From: an uncultured cyanobacterium
GTDB taxonomy: Bacteria > Cyanobacteriota > Cyanobacteriia > Cyanobacteriales > Microcystaceae
Direction: 5' to 3'
Assembly (NCBI GenBank): GCA_963807635.1
Contig: CAWEDJ010000093.1
Span: 34,119-98,118 of the forward strand
DNA: 64,000 nt
Part shown: positions 11,844-22,640 of the stretch, one piece after another
Position numbering within the stretch: position 1 is the first letter of the stretch
Layout: each line of letters starts with the position of its first letter
Translations under genes and position numbers: made by a program
Notes under the pieces: generated by a model
What the model was told of the DNA's origin: nothing
The model's input: only the letters and a program-made list of their open reading frames with translations
Databases searched by the model: none

Positions 11844-12130
11844 TTATTTTTCCATAAACTTTAACAACTATACCAGTTTTCCATGAATATTACAGATGCA
11901 AATCTCGCTTATTTTCTTGAGTAAACCTCAATAATGAGCTTTTGGGAGTATTATGGGTGTTACGATATCTAGACTCAAAAATATCTATAAAAGCTTGGCG
12001 ATCGCGTTTTTTATGGTCAGTGATTAGGCCATATATATCTAAATTTAACCCATCGCTCTTTATTTAGCCTTTTCATCGACAGGAGCATCAATATCGAAAC
12101 AAATGACAACCTGATATATCTGAAAAAACT

Positions 12131-12252
12131 CAGGATCTTAATTTTTAAACTTGATACAACTGCATAACTTCTGTAATCGGTAAACGCGATCGCACTCTCA
12201 AATTTAGATCAAAAAAAGATCGCCTTTTTTAGGTTTAACGAAAACGATCGCC
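12131..12252. repeat. Copy of the tsaD 3' end and flank plus a HIP1-to-HIP1 segment (distal repeat)
   Basis: CAGGATCT...AAACTTGATACAACTGCATAACTTCTGTAATCGGTAAACGCGATCGCACTCTCAAATTTAGATCA matches 13204-13285. Positions 12186-12251 also match 12939-13005. Confidence 0.9.
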
Positions 12253-12266
12253 CTTTGACAAGAAAG

Positions 12267-12593
12267 CTATTCATCATCTTCAGGTAATAAAGGCTTTTGG
12301 GCTGAATGTCTGACAAAAAGAACTTGTACCTCATCCTCTATAACTGTAAACAAAATTCTGTAGGTATTCCGTCCTTTGCCATAAATAAGCTGCCGAATTT
12401 CTTCTCCAAAAAAAGAATTTTCAAAGGCAAGAGAACAACGCAACGGCATTTGTTGAAGGGACATAATTGATTTGTATAAACCTTCCAGCCAAATTCGACC
12501 CTGTCGTGGAGACGAGAGACTTAACCATAGGTAAACATCCTTAATTCCTTGCTCTGCTTCAGGCTGAATAATAACCCGATATTGACCAGTCAT
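12267..12593 (-). CDS. Type II toxin, RelE/ParE family
   Basis: YRVIIQPEAEQGI..., LQQMPLRC, YRILFTVIEDEVQVLFVRH. ATGA-coupled to the upstream antitoxin. Confidence 0.85.
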   Translation of the reverse strand: MTGQYRVIIQPEAEQGIKDVYLWLSLSSPRQGRIWLEGLYKSIMSLQQMPLRCSLAFENSFFGEEIRQLIYGKGRNTYRILFTVIEDEVQVLFVRHSAQKPLLPEDDE

Positions 12594-12881
12594 TGTTCAA
12601 TGTCCCACTGGGCAAACAATTCTACAAAAACTTCTTCTGCTCTTTTACCTTGACCTTGCTTCATTTGTTCGAGGGCCACGCTTAAGGCCCTTAATCGTTT
12701 CCAGTAATTCCGCAGCATTGAGAAGTTCCTGATAGGATTGAGCATCCTGTACGACTAATTCTGCTTTACCATTAACCGTAAGGATCAGAGGGTGTTTGGT
12801 TCGCTTTAAATTTTCTAAAAACTCGGTTGTATTTCGCTTGAAATCAGTGAGAGACCGGATATCTTTGGTTAGCTCAATCAT
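12590..12881 (-). CDS. Type II antitoxin, Phd/YefM family; +1 indel at GGCC ~12674
   Basis: DIRSLTDFKRNTTEF...PLILTVNGKAELVVQD. The corrected frame ends ...LEQMKQGQGKRAEEVFVELFAQWDIEQ* and overlaps the toxin ATG. Confidence 0.88.
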
Positions 12882-12938
12882 AGTTTTAGCACCTAATACG
12901 CATTGAATTATATGCTATCACAAATTCATTTCTTCTGT

Positions 12939-13005
12939 GCGATCGCACCCTCAAATTTATATCAAAAAAAAGACCGCCTTTTTTCGGTTTAACTAAAGCG
13001 ATCGC
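12939..13005. repeat. HIP1-bounded direct repeat (proximal), partly derived from the tsaD 3' end
   Basis: GCGATCGCACCCTCAAATTTATATCAAAAAAAAGACCGCCTTTTTTCGGTTTAACTAAAGCGATCGC resembles 12186-12251. Confidence 0.85.
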
Positions 13006-13217
13006 GCATTAATTTTAAAAAATAGACTAATTTAGTCCTTATTAAGGGGTTTAGCTAATTTACGTTTTGTCCAAACTCCTCCTTCAAAAAGAAGTGTGCT
13101 ACCAATAACGGAAAGTGCAAGTGATTTTGGCGTAATCAAGTAGCATTCAGTAGAAATGGAGACATGACTTCTTTTTATCTGCATTCCCATCCGTATTATC
13201 ACCCAGGATCTCAAAAG

Positions 13218-14260
13218 CTAAACTTGATATAACTGCATGACTTCAGTAATCGGTAAACGCGATCGCACTCCCAAATTGAGATCAGAAAAATGACCGAGAT
13301 CGCAATGATCGGCCGCCGCACAGGCAATCATGGCCGCATTATCGGTACAAAATTTAAGAGGGGGAAAATAAACCTGAAGATTATGTTTTTCAGCCGCTTC
13401 TTGTAAATGGTGACGCAAACCACTATTGGCCGCCACTCCTCCCCCGATCGCGATCGCTTTAATGCCGTAATCTAAGGCACACTGAATGGTTTTTTGCGTT
13501 AAAGATCGAGCCACCGTTTCCTGAAAACTAGCCGCTAAATCCTCGATCGGTAAGGTATCGGTTTCTTTTTCTAATTGGTTCACTAATCGCAAAACCGCCG
13601 TTTTCAAACCACTAAAACTAGAATCGTAGGGATGATAACCGCCCTGGGGCAAGGAAATTCGACCAACTGGCAGAGGAAATGCTTTAGGATTGCCTGTTTT
13701 AGCCAGTTTATCGATCACGGGCCGCCTGGATAACCCAACTTTAATAAACGAGCCACCTTATCAAAGGCTTCTCCTGCGGCATCATCACGGGTTATGCCCA
13801 ATTGTTCGTATTTTCCGCAATCTTTCACCAAAATCAGGCTAGTATGTCCCCCTGAAACCAATAAACAAAGAAAAGGAGGCTCTAATTCGGGATAGCTCAA
13901 ATAACTGGCGTAAATATGTCCTTCTAGGTGATGCACCCCAATAAATCTTTTTTGATGAACCAACGCCAACGTTTTGGCCGCTGTCATCCCCACCATCAAA
14001 GCTCCCACCAGACCTGGCGCAACCGTCGCCGCGATCGCGTCAATGCCAGACCAATCTAACTGACTTTCCGCTAACACCTGTTCAATACAGGGATTAATCA
14101 GGGTTAAATGTTGACGAGAAGCTACCTCTGGAACAACTCCGCCATAACTAGCGTGAACTGCAATTTGGGAGGCCACAATATTACTGCAAACGTTACGATT
14201 CTTTACAATGGCGACGGCAGTTTCATCACAGCTTGTTTCGATTGCTAAAACGGTTGCCAT
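13218..14260 (-). CDS. tsaD: tRNA N6-adenosine threonylcarbamoyltransferase TsaD; -1 indel at GGCCC ~13718
   Basis: [73 protein letters not shown]. Confidence 0.95.
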
Positions 14261-14410
14261 GCTCTGTTAATTTAAGGTTAAAGACTACTTTTTATTGCTA
14301 AATCTTTACTCTATCCACTGGTCAGAGTAAGATCACTTCAAGGTACTCACTGATCCTGTCACGTTTTGTACAAAAAACTTAGCCTTTTGTAATAAAAGGA
14401 AACAATTCTT

Positions 14411-14905
14411 ATGAAACAACTGTTGGCTTTCTTGCTGGCCCTGACCCTCTGGTTTAATTTTGCTCCCTCTGCTTCGGCGGATTTCGCGAATCTTACCCCT
14501 TGTAGCGAAAATGCGGCCTATTTAGCAAAATCTAAAAACTTCCTCAATACCACCAGTGATCCCAACTCTGGAAAAATTCGGGCGGAACGTTACGCCGAGT
14601 CGCTCTGTGGCCCCGAAGGCTATCCCCACCTCATTGTAGATGGTCGTTTTAGCCACGCAGGGGATTTTCTGATTCCTAGCATTCTTTTCCTTTATATTGC
14701 AGGTTGGATTGGCTGGGTTGGTCGGGCATACTTAATTGACATTCGCAAGGAAAAAGATGCTGAACTCAAAGAGATCATCATTGATGTGCCTTTAGCGATC
14801 AAAAAAATGTTAGGCGGTTTCCTGTGGCCTTTAGCAGCAGTCGGAGAATATACTTCGGGCAAATTGATTGTTAAAGATTCCGATGTCCCCACTTCTCCGC
14901 GCTAG
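14411..14905 (+). CDS. psaF: Photosystem I reaction centre subunit III
   Basis: LTPC..., [30 protein letters not shown], ends SPR. Confidence 0.98.
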   Translation: MKQLLAFLLALTLWFNFAPSASADFANLTPCSENAAYLAKSKNFLNTTSDPNSGKIRAERYAESLCGPEGYPHLIVDGRFSHAGDFLIPSILFLYIAGWIGWVGRAYLIDIRKEKDAELKEIIIDVPLAIKKMLGGFLWPLAAVGEYTSGKLIVKDSDVPTSPR

Positions 14906-14955
14906 AGTTGATTTTTGTCCTGTTTAATTACGTTTATATCTTTGGAGACTCATTT

Positions 14956-15084
14956 ATGGAAGGTTTGACTAAGTTTTTGTCTACTGCTCCTGTCATGATC
15001 ATGGCCCTCTTAACTTTTACGGCTGGTATCTTGATCGAATTCAATCGTTTCTTTCCTGATCTTCTTTTCCACCCGATGGGATAG
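14956..15084 (+). CDS. psaJ: Photosystem I reaction centre subunit IX
   Basis: Manual translation [42 protein letters not shown], with GGAG RBS, directly after psaF. Confidence 0.97.
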   Translation: MEGLTKFLSTAPVMIMALLTFTAGILIEFNRFFPDLLFHPMG

Positions 15085-15104
15085 GTTTTAGGAAGTCAAA
15101 AAAT

Positions 15105-15146
15105 AGGGGATTGGTTATGGGATTTATTTCCTGGGCCAATCCCTTA
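15105..15146 (+). terminator. Hairpin after psaFJ
   Basis: GGGATTGG...CCAATCCC inverted repeat. Confidence 0.5.
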
Positions 15147-15671
15147 AATTTATCTGTAGATTGCGTTGGTTGTAATTAGGAACGGGCGATCGCGAGAAAA
15201 TTCATCATGAGTTGATAACATTGTTAGAAATTACAGAATTTTGCTTGATGATGGGCGGAGAAAATTGAGCAATTCAAAGACAATCTAACAAGTGGCTTGA
15301 TGATCTTTTTAGTTAATGAAAAAGATATTGAACAACGACTTACTGATAATAAAATACTGCTAGCTTCCCATAACTTAATCCGTTACGATTCCCAGGAGGG
15401 CATACTTGGTAATTGTCTATGGTTGATGCAACCTTCATTTGTTTTATTCAATGATAATAGAAGGGAGAGCATCTATTCCTTCTGACTGGATTTGTGACCT
15501 AATTAATCGACTCTTTTTTACCCAATGCTTTATTACATAAGGATTTTAACTTTTTTGCGTATTGTACCACTTCGATTTAAGCGAACGGTGAGAAAAGAGA
15601 CTAACTCCCTTCTCAGAATAGGTTATGCTAAAAATTAGCAATCAAAATTAGCAATCGGAGTGAGATAACCT

Positions 15672-17252
15672 ATGTCCAGTGAAATTATTTATCAAGTGGG
15701 CGGAATTGCTATTATTTTAGGAGGTAGTATTTGGGGATTAAAATTCCTGAATAATCAGACTTCAAAAGAAAAATTATCTTCTTCAGAGGAAAATGTTAAC
15801 GCGATCGAGAGCCTTAAAAATGATTTTGAAAAACAATTAAAACAATCCAAAGAAACCCAGTTTTCATTACAAGAAGAGAATATCTTTTTAAAAAATAAGA
15901 CCCACCATTTGGAAAAGCAAATAATCTCTTTTCAAGAGTCTTTAAGTACAGTTTTAGCTGAAAAAAATCATTTTGAGACTCAATTGAATCAGGACAAACT
16001 CACTATTGCTGAACTCCAAAAGAAACTACAAACGTTGGAAAATTCTCGTAAACAGGTTGAACTTGACAGTCAAAAAAAGATACAAGAATTACTGACAGAA
16101 ACTCAGTATTTGTCTGAAAACTTTCGTCACGAAGTCGCCAAAAGAACGGAAATTCAGCAAAAGTTAACTTCTTTTGAGCTAATTCAAAAACAATTTGACC
16201 TAAAAGAAAAACGCCAACAAGAAGCAATCCATGAATTAGAACAAAAAAATAGAGAGTTAAGTCAATCCTGTATAGCGACAAATGTGACCTTACAGCAAGA
16301 AATTGAGCATTTACGAGGAGCAAAAAATCAATTACAACAAGTTATAGAACAACGCACGGTGAATACCGAAAAGCTCCAATCGGAAATTGCCCAGTTAATT
16401 GCGGCTAGTCTTGAAAGTAAGGAATCTTATCAAAAGGCGATCGCGGAAATTAATACCTTAAAACCCCAAATCAAGGCTTTAGAAACCGAAAAAATCCGTT
16501 TACAGGGAGAAGTTCAATCCCAAACGGAGCAATTGATTCAAGAAAATGTGCGAAAGGAACAGGCGATCGCAGAGGTTGACATTTTGACGCAGACGATTGA
16601 ACAGTTAGAATCTGAGAAACAACAACTACAAGAGGAACTAGTCACTTCTCGTCAGGATGCGGCGGCAAAACAGACTAAAATTCTTGAAGCCGAGGCAGAA
16701 ATCGAGAAAAAGACGATTGAGATTGCTGAAAGCCACAAGAAAATGTTGGAAAGTATTGAATCAATCACTACCCCCGTCGAAGAAGTCCTTGAGAGTCCCC
16801 CACCAGTTGTGGATGCGATCGCCGAATCTCCTATTCCTTTAGAGATCGCAGAAATTCCAGAAATAATGGAAACGCCTGTACTGCAAGCTGAACCTCTCCC
16901 TGACGCGATCGCAACTCTCCCATCGGAAGCTGAATCTCTCCCTAACGCGATCGCAACGCCCCTACTGACCGAAACTCCCCTAGAAGAACTAGAAGAAAAT
17001 ATTCCCCAGGCGACGAACTTCTTTGCTAACAAAAAATTTATTATTGTCGGAACATTGAGTAAAATGAACCGAGAACAAGCCAAAACGCTCATACAGGACG
17101 CAGGGGGCAGCGTAACCAGTTCACCCAGTTCCAAAACCAACTATGTCCTAGTCGGCAAATCCCCCGGAGATAAGTTGAAAAAAGCCCAAAAACTAGGAAT
17201 TTCCCAACTCACCGAGTCTAAATTTCTCAGTCTATTGGGGATGGAACCCTAA
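15672..17252 (+). CDS. Membrane-anchored coiled-coil protein with C-terminal BRCT domain
   Basis: N-terminal TM (IIYQVGGIAIILGGSIWGL), long Q/E-rich heptads and a Pro/Glu linker. The C-terminus is a LigA-like BRCT (FIIVGTLSKMNREQAK..AGGSVTSSPSSKTNYVLVG..PGDKLKKAQKLGI). Confidence 0.85.
   Translation: MSSEIIYQVGGIAIILGGSIWGLKFLNNQTSKEKLSSSEENVNAIESLKNDFEKQLKQSKETQFSLQEENIFLKNKTHHLEKQIISFQESLSTVLAEKNHFETQLNQDKLTIAELQKKLQTLENSRKQVELDSQKKIQELLTETQYLSENFRHEVAKRTEIQQKLTSFELIQKQFDLKEKRQQEAIHELEQKNRELSQSCIATNVTLQQEIEHLRGAKNQLQQVIEQRTVNTEKLQSEIAQLIAASLESKESYQKAIAEINTLKPQIKALETEKIRLQGEVQSQTEQLIQENVRKEQAIAEVDILTQTIEQLESEKQQLQEELVTSRQDAAAKQTKILEAEAEIEKKTIEIAESHKKMLESIESITTPVEEVLESPPPVVDAIAESPIPLEIAEIPEIMETPVLQAEPLPDAIATLPSEAESLPNAIATPLLTETPLEELEENIPQATNFFANKKFIIVGTLSKMNREQAKTLIQDAGGSVTSSPSSKTNYVLVGKSPGDKLKKAQKLGISQLTESKFLSLLGMEP
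16885..16957 (+). repeat. 42-bp-period in-frame duplication containing HIP1
   Basis: AAGCTGAA(C/T)CTCTCCCT(G/A)ACGCGATCGCAAC at 16885 and 16927. Confidence 0.8.
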
Positions 17253-17431
17253 TCTTGATTCTGAGTCGCAACCGATAATGCCGATGTTTCAGGGTTTGGT
17301 CGCCAGGCAATTGCGGAATCTTGAGTCAAACCACTCAACTCACGAATCTTTTGTTCCGTCCGTCTGGTCAATTCCAGAAGCTCATTGAGTTCCGATAAAT
17401 TGCGTTCACTCCAACAAGAGGATTGCATCAT
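17249..17431 (-). CDS. Small hypothetical protein
   Basis: 60 aa helical ORF with an AGG upstream; no recognised family. Confidence 0.35.
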   Translation of the reverse strand: MMQSSCWSERNLSELNELLELTRRTEQKIRELSGLTQDSAIAWRPNPETSALSVATQNQD

Positions 17432-17668
17432 ACCTTTTTTCCTCGATTTCTCAACACCACATTTCTAATTTTAATGGATGGTTCTAATTTTGGCGGTGTT
17501 CCCCCATCGCCGAATAGTGACATCAAACTTCACACCCAGGAGGATTGAGAGCAACAAAATCAGGAAAATTCATGAATAATCCCATCATTTCCTTCGGACA
17601 GTTCCCCCCATTGCCTACAATAAGGATAAAAGACTTCATTTTTTGACCCCGCTTATCAATCTGCCGTT

Positions 17669-18130
17669 ATGAATAAAACCGTTGGGGAAGTGATGTCCCC
17701 GAATCCCATCACCGTCAAGCCCGAAACCGCCCTACAAGATGCCATCAAACTCCTGGCGGAAAATCGCATCAGTGGTTTACCCGTTGTAGATGATACGGGC
17801 AAATTAATTGGTGTCATCTCAGAATCGGATTTGATGTGGCAAGAATCGGGGGTAGAAGCACCTCCTTACATCATGTTGTTAGATAGCATTATTTATCTAC
17901 AAAATCCTGCCCGTCATGAAAAAGAAATTCATAAAGCCCTGGGACAAACCGTCTGTGAAGTAATGAGTGATGCCCCAATTTCTCTCAAAGCTGACCAATC
18001 TCTACGAGAAGCTGCCCACATTATGAATGATAAAAAAATTCGTCTTTTACCCGTAATTGATGCCGAAAATCACCAAGTCATTGGAATTCTGACCCAGGGA
18101 GATATTATTCGAGCAATGGCTAATTCTTAA
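17669..18130 (+). CDS. CBS domain pair protein
   Basis: TVGEVMSPNPITV, ISGLPVVD..GKLIGVISESDL, second CBS repeat. Confidence 0.9.
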   Translation: MNKTVGEVMSPNPITVKPETALQDAIKLLAENRISGLPVVDDTGKLIGVISESDLMWQESGVEAPPYIMLLDSIIYLQNPARHEKEIHKALGQTVCEVMSDAPISLKADQSLREAAHIMNDKKIRLLPVIDAENHQVIGILTQGDIIRAMANS

Positions 18131-18493
18131 ACTTTTGTATTTCCTTCAGCGAATTAAAATAATCGCATCGCTTTATAGTCAATATTAGGAAATTTAATCC
18201 AATCTTTAACCTAATATTGACTTCTCCACTATTCAGACAATTAGACGGAATAAATAATGGTCATTTTTTTGATTGAATTGTAGATTTTGTATAAGTTTGT
18301 CTAACAATTTACTTAACAATCGACGTTGTTTTTTGCGAATCGCCTGAAATTAATTTGATTAATTTGTTAAATCGTGTAGAAATATTAATTTAAAGAACAA
18401 AAATCTAAAAAGTATAGCGCGTCATTATAAAAAGAGCGAGAATGAAGGTAGATGGGATCACTGATAAAACACTTCACCCAGGGGGTGATCGTT

Positions 18494-18715
18494 ATGCTGA
18501 CAACTTCTCGATATTCAATTGATGACATCAAAGAAGAAGCCGAGCAATTGGTTCATCAGGGTCGCTTAGATCGCCAACAATGTCTTTATACCCTTTGTGA
18601 GTTTTTACCTTGTGGTGAGTGGGAGTGTGTCGAAGCAGAGCTAGAAGATAATGGCTTTTTATTGCGGGATCATCTGGTTGATTTGCTAAGTTCGGAAGAG
18701 TGGACAGAGGATTAA
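18494..18715 (+). CDS. DUF4327 family protein
   Basis: YSIDDIKEEAEQLV..G.LDRQQ.LY.LC...EW..VE.ELE...FLLRD...DLL..E.W.ED signature. Confidence 0.8.
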   Translation: MLTTSRYSIDDIKEEAEQLVHQGRLDRQQCLYTLCEFLPCGEWECVEAELEDNGFLLRDHLVDLLSSEEWTED

Positions 18716-18985
18716 GCTCGTTTTTCTTACATTCTTCTTTAGTTTCCTTAAATTTCTCATTTCTGAATCGTTTAGAAGATTATCAATTTATGGTTCTTCA
18801 GTGAATAGAATACTAACAGATCTCGCTATGTAGTGAAATCAGTTTGATGTATTAGGGTTGTTTTTCCTGAACCTAACGCTGAAGGACCGACAGTATCTTA
18901 ATAAAAGAAGATTATTGCTTTTTTGATTAAATCAGAAATTTTATTAACAGCTTACTCATTTTTGAACTCATTGGAGGTTACTATC

Positions 18986-19207
18986 ATGATTGCGGAAACA
19001 CAAAACCAATATTTTTATATTGTTAGCTATTTTTTAGACGGTCGTTTTATCAAGTGGGAAGAAGTCATTGGAGAAACTCGATTTGAGCTAGATGTTGCTG
19101 ATGAAATGACTTTATTTGTGCCTGATCAAGATAGTTCAGTTAAGGCAAAAGTCGTTAGTACGGAAGCACTGAGTGATGATGAATATAGAGTTTTTCTGGT
19201 TTCTTAA
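18986..19207 (+). CDS. Small hypothetical protein
   Basis: GGAGG RBS before ATG 18986, acidic beta-rich sequence, followed by a terminator. Confidence 0.55.
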   Translation: MIAETQNQYFYIVSYFLDGRFIKWEEVIGETRFELDVADEMTLFVPDQDSSVKAKVVSTEALSDDEYRVFLVS

Positions 19208-19233
19208 CTTGAAAGAAAGACAAGGGAATTGAA

Positions 19234-19277
19234 CGGGGTGTTGCTGACTCAGAGGGAGCAGTGACATCTCTTTTTTA
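19234..19277 (+). terminator. Rho-independent terminator
   Basis: GGGGTGTTGCTG...CAGTGACATCTC stem (G-U pairs) followed by T6. Confidence 0.55.
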
Positions 19278-19520
19278 ACAAATAAAAAGCAGATAAAAAA
19301 AGGTGTAATACTTCAGATTTTTTCTTCTTCTGATATTTAATCCCTCATTTTTTGAACTTGTTTGCTATGCGATCGCATTAATATTATGAATAATTGGATC
19401 ATCCGTTAGGTTTAATTTGACTAAAATTTTGACTAATGTTAAATTATCTGATACTATCTCCCTTGAGAATATTTATAGAACAATCCCTTTCTTCACTTCC
19501 TCCTCTTTAGGATCACCACT

Positions 19521-19832
19521 ATGAAAAAAACGCAATTTTTCGCTCTGATATTTTCCTTGATTACTACGGTGATCCTTTCTCCTTCCATTGCCAATGCAGA
19601 GAAAATACAACTAACTCCTTCTCAACAGAAACAAATTTTAGAAATTCAAAAAGACGCTACCACTAAACTCAAAGCAATTTTAACTCCAGAACAAAGAGCG
19701 CAAGCAGAAGCCGCCGTCAAAAATGGCGACAAAAAAGTCAATCTTAAATTAACTGAAGACCAAAAAATAAAAATTAAAAAGTTGAGTGAAGAGGCGAATA
19801 AACAAGTTAATGCTGTTTTAAAATCTAAATAA
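19521..19832 (+). CDS. Secreted Spy/CpxP-like (LTxxQ motif) protein
   Basis: Signal peptide ending ANA, repeated LTPSQQ/LTPEQR/LTEDQK motifs. Confidence 0.75.
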   Translation: MKKTQFFALIFSLITTVILSPSIANAEKIQLTPSQQKQILEIQKDATTKLKAILTPEQRAQAEAAVKNGDKKVNLKLTEDQKIKIKKLSEEANKQVNAVLKSK

Positions 19833-19870
19833 TTATTTAAATAGTTTATCATCACAAAATTGATAGATCG

Positions 19871-21106
19871 CTATCTAATAATTTTGTAAGATTTTGAAGA
19901 TAAGTCAGTTTGAGATTCCCATTGCTTATTCTGATTCTCACTTAAAAATTCAGCGATTTTCTGTACTGCGTTTTCTAAAATCTCAGGTTCATAAACGAGG
20001 GCAAAACGCACATAGCCCTCTCCTGCTTTGCCAAACCCCGCCACCTGGGGAAACTGCGATTCCTGTGGATAAAACCAACTCAGTACAAAATTTGATGGAA
20101 TCTTTTTGCCAGGGTTCGGGTAATTTTGCCCAGACGTACATGGTGGCTTGGGGAGTGGGAACTTGCCACCCAATGTTGCTCAGAGCTTGCACAAAGGCAT
20201 CTCGACGAATTGCAAAATGTTTGATCGTTTCTTTGATTAAACTAGGCGGACTTTTTAGAGCGCGATCGCGCCATTTAAAATGCCTTGATATTGATTAAAA
20301 TCGACCATTGCTTTAATTTTGCGGAGATTAAGAACCAGTTCCGCATTACCGATCGCAAAGCCAACCCGAAAGCCGCCCATATTGTGGGATTTGGAAAAGG
20401 TAAAAAACTCAATGGAAAGTTCTTTTTGGCGGTCTGCTTGTAAAACCGAGGGTGGCAGGGGTTTTTCACCGAAAACAAAATCAAAATAGGGAAAATCATG
20501 CACCAACACTAACTGATTTTTCCGACAAAAATGAACCGCTTCTTCAAAAAAACTTAAGGGCGCGATCGCGGTGGTGGGATTGTGGGGATAACTCAAAACC
20601 ATTAATTTTGACTGGTCTAAAATGGTCTTGGGAATATCGGCAAAAATCGCTAAAAATTCATTTTCAGCGAGTAAGGGCATGGGGTAAATTTGACCACCCG
20701 CTAAATACACGCCTCCTGCATGGGACGGATAACCAGGGTCGAGTAATAGGGCATAATCCCCAGGATTGAGAATCGCTAGGGGTAAATGGGCAGTTCCTTC
20801 CTGGGAGCCAATGAGGGGCAGGACTTCTGTATCAGGATCAACCGCAATACCATAACGCTCGGAATACCACTGGGCGACGGCTTCCCGAAATGCCTGGGTT
20901 CCATTGTGCAAAAGATAACCGTGCGTACTAGGGTCATTCAGCGATCGCGCAATTTCGTCCAAAATCGTTTTATCCGTCGATAAATCCGAAGATCCCAAGG
21001 AGAGATCGATAATCGTTTTTCCCGCGAGTTTTGCCTGGGTTTTCGTCCGATCCATATCGGCAAAAACATTGGATTGTAAAGCCTGTAAACGTTGAGCAAA
21101 TTGCAT
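19871..21106 (-). CDS. PLP-dependent class I/II aminotransferase (LL-DAP aminotransferase-like); two compensating indels (~20258, ~20040)
   Basis: IIDLSLGSSDL, GSQEGTAHL, YPHNPT, HDFPY, TFSKSHNMGGFRVG, and GFGKAGEGYVRFALV in the last piece. Confidence 0.88.
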
Positions 21107-21629
21107 AATTTTTTATAATATTAGGATATTTTATATTTTCTCTCAGAATACACGAAGGCAGGTCGTAGAGGCTCAAGGCTTACACCCAAAAGTAGAAAAT
21201 TTAACAACTGAAACCAGTGACTCAAGAGAGTTAATGGCTATAAACCTTTCTATTATTGGATTATAAAAACAATAAGTAAAACAATCTGCTGAATGTGGAA
21301 TAAAATATGATAATACTTATGAAGTTCTACCAAACCCGTGAAGTCAAAAATCAGAAATTCACGTCTGAAAGCGTTCCCCGATTTGTCAAACTGTCATCCT
21401 TCCCTTAGCGAGTAATGTCTAGGAAAACTATTATCTCATTAAGACAAACCCTTTTCAAACATCCTTGACTAGGGTATTGAGTTTTTTTAAGATTGATTTT
21501 GATTTTTTTAGACTAAATTCTTGAATTTACAGCCGTTTTGAAGTTAGGATGACTCTTAAACCTGCTAGAGATTTGCTTGTTAGGCTTCTAGGTAAAAATA
21601 ATTGTATTAAATAAACAAGCTATTTAACT

Positions 21630-22601
21630 TTGTTATTATTAGCTATCCCATCAATAGTAAACTTCCTGAAAAAAATTAATGCTATGATTAACTTCTTCGG
21701 ACTAGAAATACAAAATAACGAACTTACAGAAAATAGTTCTACAAATATTGAAGAAAAGCTTAAACTTTTCTCTTTCTTAAAACCTAAAGCATCACCCTAT
21801 AATCTTATCCGAATTGGTGGTAATGGTGATGGGGCGTACCTTTTACCCGATGATATGACTGATATTAAAGCATGCTTTTCTCCTGGTGTTAACAATTTTA
21901 AAAATTTTGAGGATGCTCTCACCTCTTCCTATCAGATCAAATGCCATATGTGCGATAAGTCTAGTGATCCAGAAAAATTAAAAACGCCTTTGATAAGTGG
22001 AATGCAAACCTTTGCAAAAAAATGGCTAGATGTCGATCACAAAGACGACAGTATTTCTCTAGAAGAATGGGTTCTTGAACATAATCCCGATAGCAAAGAT
22101 GACCTCATTTTACAAATGGATATTGAAGGTGCTGAGTATAGAAATATTCTTAATGCTCCAGAAACAATCTTAAAGAGATTTAGGATTATGGTTATTGAGT
22201 TTCATGGACTTGATAGTATTACTGATTCTCAAATTCTTTCTACAGTATTACTTCCTACTTTTTCAAAAATTGATCAGTATTTTCAGTGTGTTCATGCCCA
22301 TGCGAATAACTTTTGTGAAGACCACATCATACCAGGAACGGCTATCAATCTTCCACCTCTTATCGAACTAACTTTCCTCAGAAGAGATCGATTTGCAATC
22401 AACGGCTCGAAGCCCCTGCAAAGTATTAATATTCCTCACCCCCAAGATATTACGAATGTTCGACATAATCCCCCTTTATTCTTAAATAAAGCTTGGAGTG
22501 GAGATAAACGCTCATTTCAGTCTAATTGTAAGATTATCAATGATTGGATTTATTATATTCTTTATGCTTCACTTAGAGGAATAGTGAAGTTTTTTGTTTA
22601 G
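21630..22601 (+). CDS. FkbM-like / Methyltransf_22-type SAM methyltransferase (true start probably ~21684)
   Basis: LIRIGGNGDGAYLLPD, FSPGV, LILQMDIEGAEY, MVIEFH, HAHANN, IELTFLR. Confidence 0.75.
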   Translation: MLLLAIPSIVNFLKKINAMINFFGLEIQNNELTENSSTNIEEKLKLFSFLKPKASPYNLIRIGGNGDGAYLLPDDMTDIKACFSPGVNNFKNFEDALTSSYQIKCHMCDKSSDPEKLKTPLISGMQTFAKKWLDVDHKDDSISLEEWVLEHNPDSKDDLILQMDIEGAEYRNILNAPETILKRFRIMVIEFHGLDSITDSQILSTVLLPTFSKIDQYFQCVHAHANNFCEDHIIPGTAINLPPLIELTFLRRDRFAINGSKPLQSINIPHPQDITNVRHNPPLFLNKAWSGDKRSFQSNCKIINDWIYYILYASLRGIVKFFV

Positions 22602-22640
22602 CGTTATGCAATCGAATTAAATAAAGTCTTTCCGCTTATT

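Noticed and set aside
13032..13214. 60-aa ORF between the tsaD repeats
   Set aside because: No RBS or recognisable family; possibly a cassette remnant but unsupported as a gene.
15190..15490. Possible gene remnant after psaJ
   Set aside because: Fragmentary frames with no family I can recognise.
15631..15656. Tandem AAAATTAGCAATC upstream of the BRCT gene
   Set aside because: Only two copies; it cannot be told apart from a slippage duplication and no regulator can be assigned.
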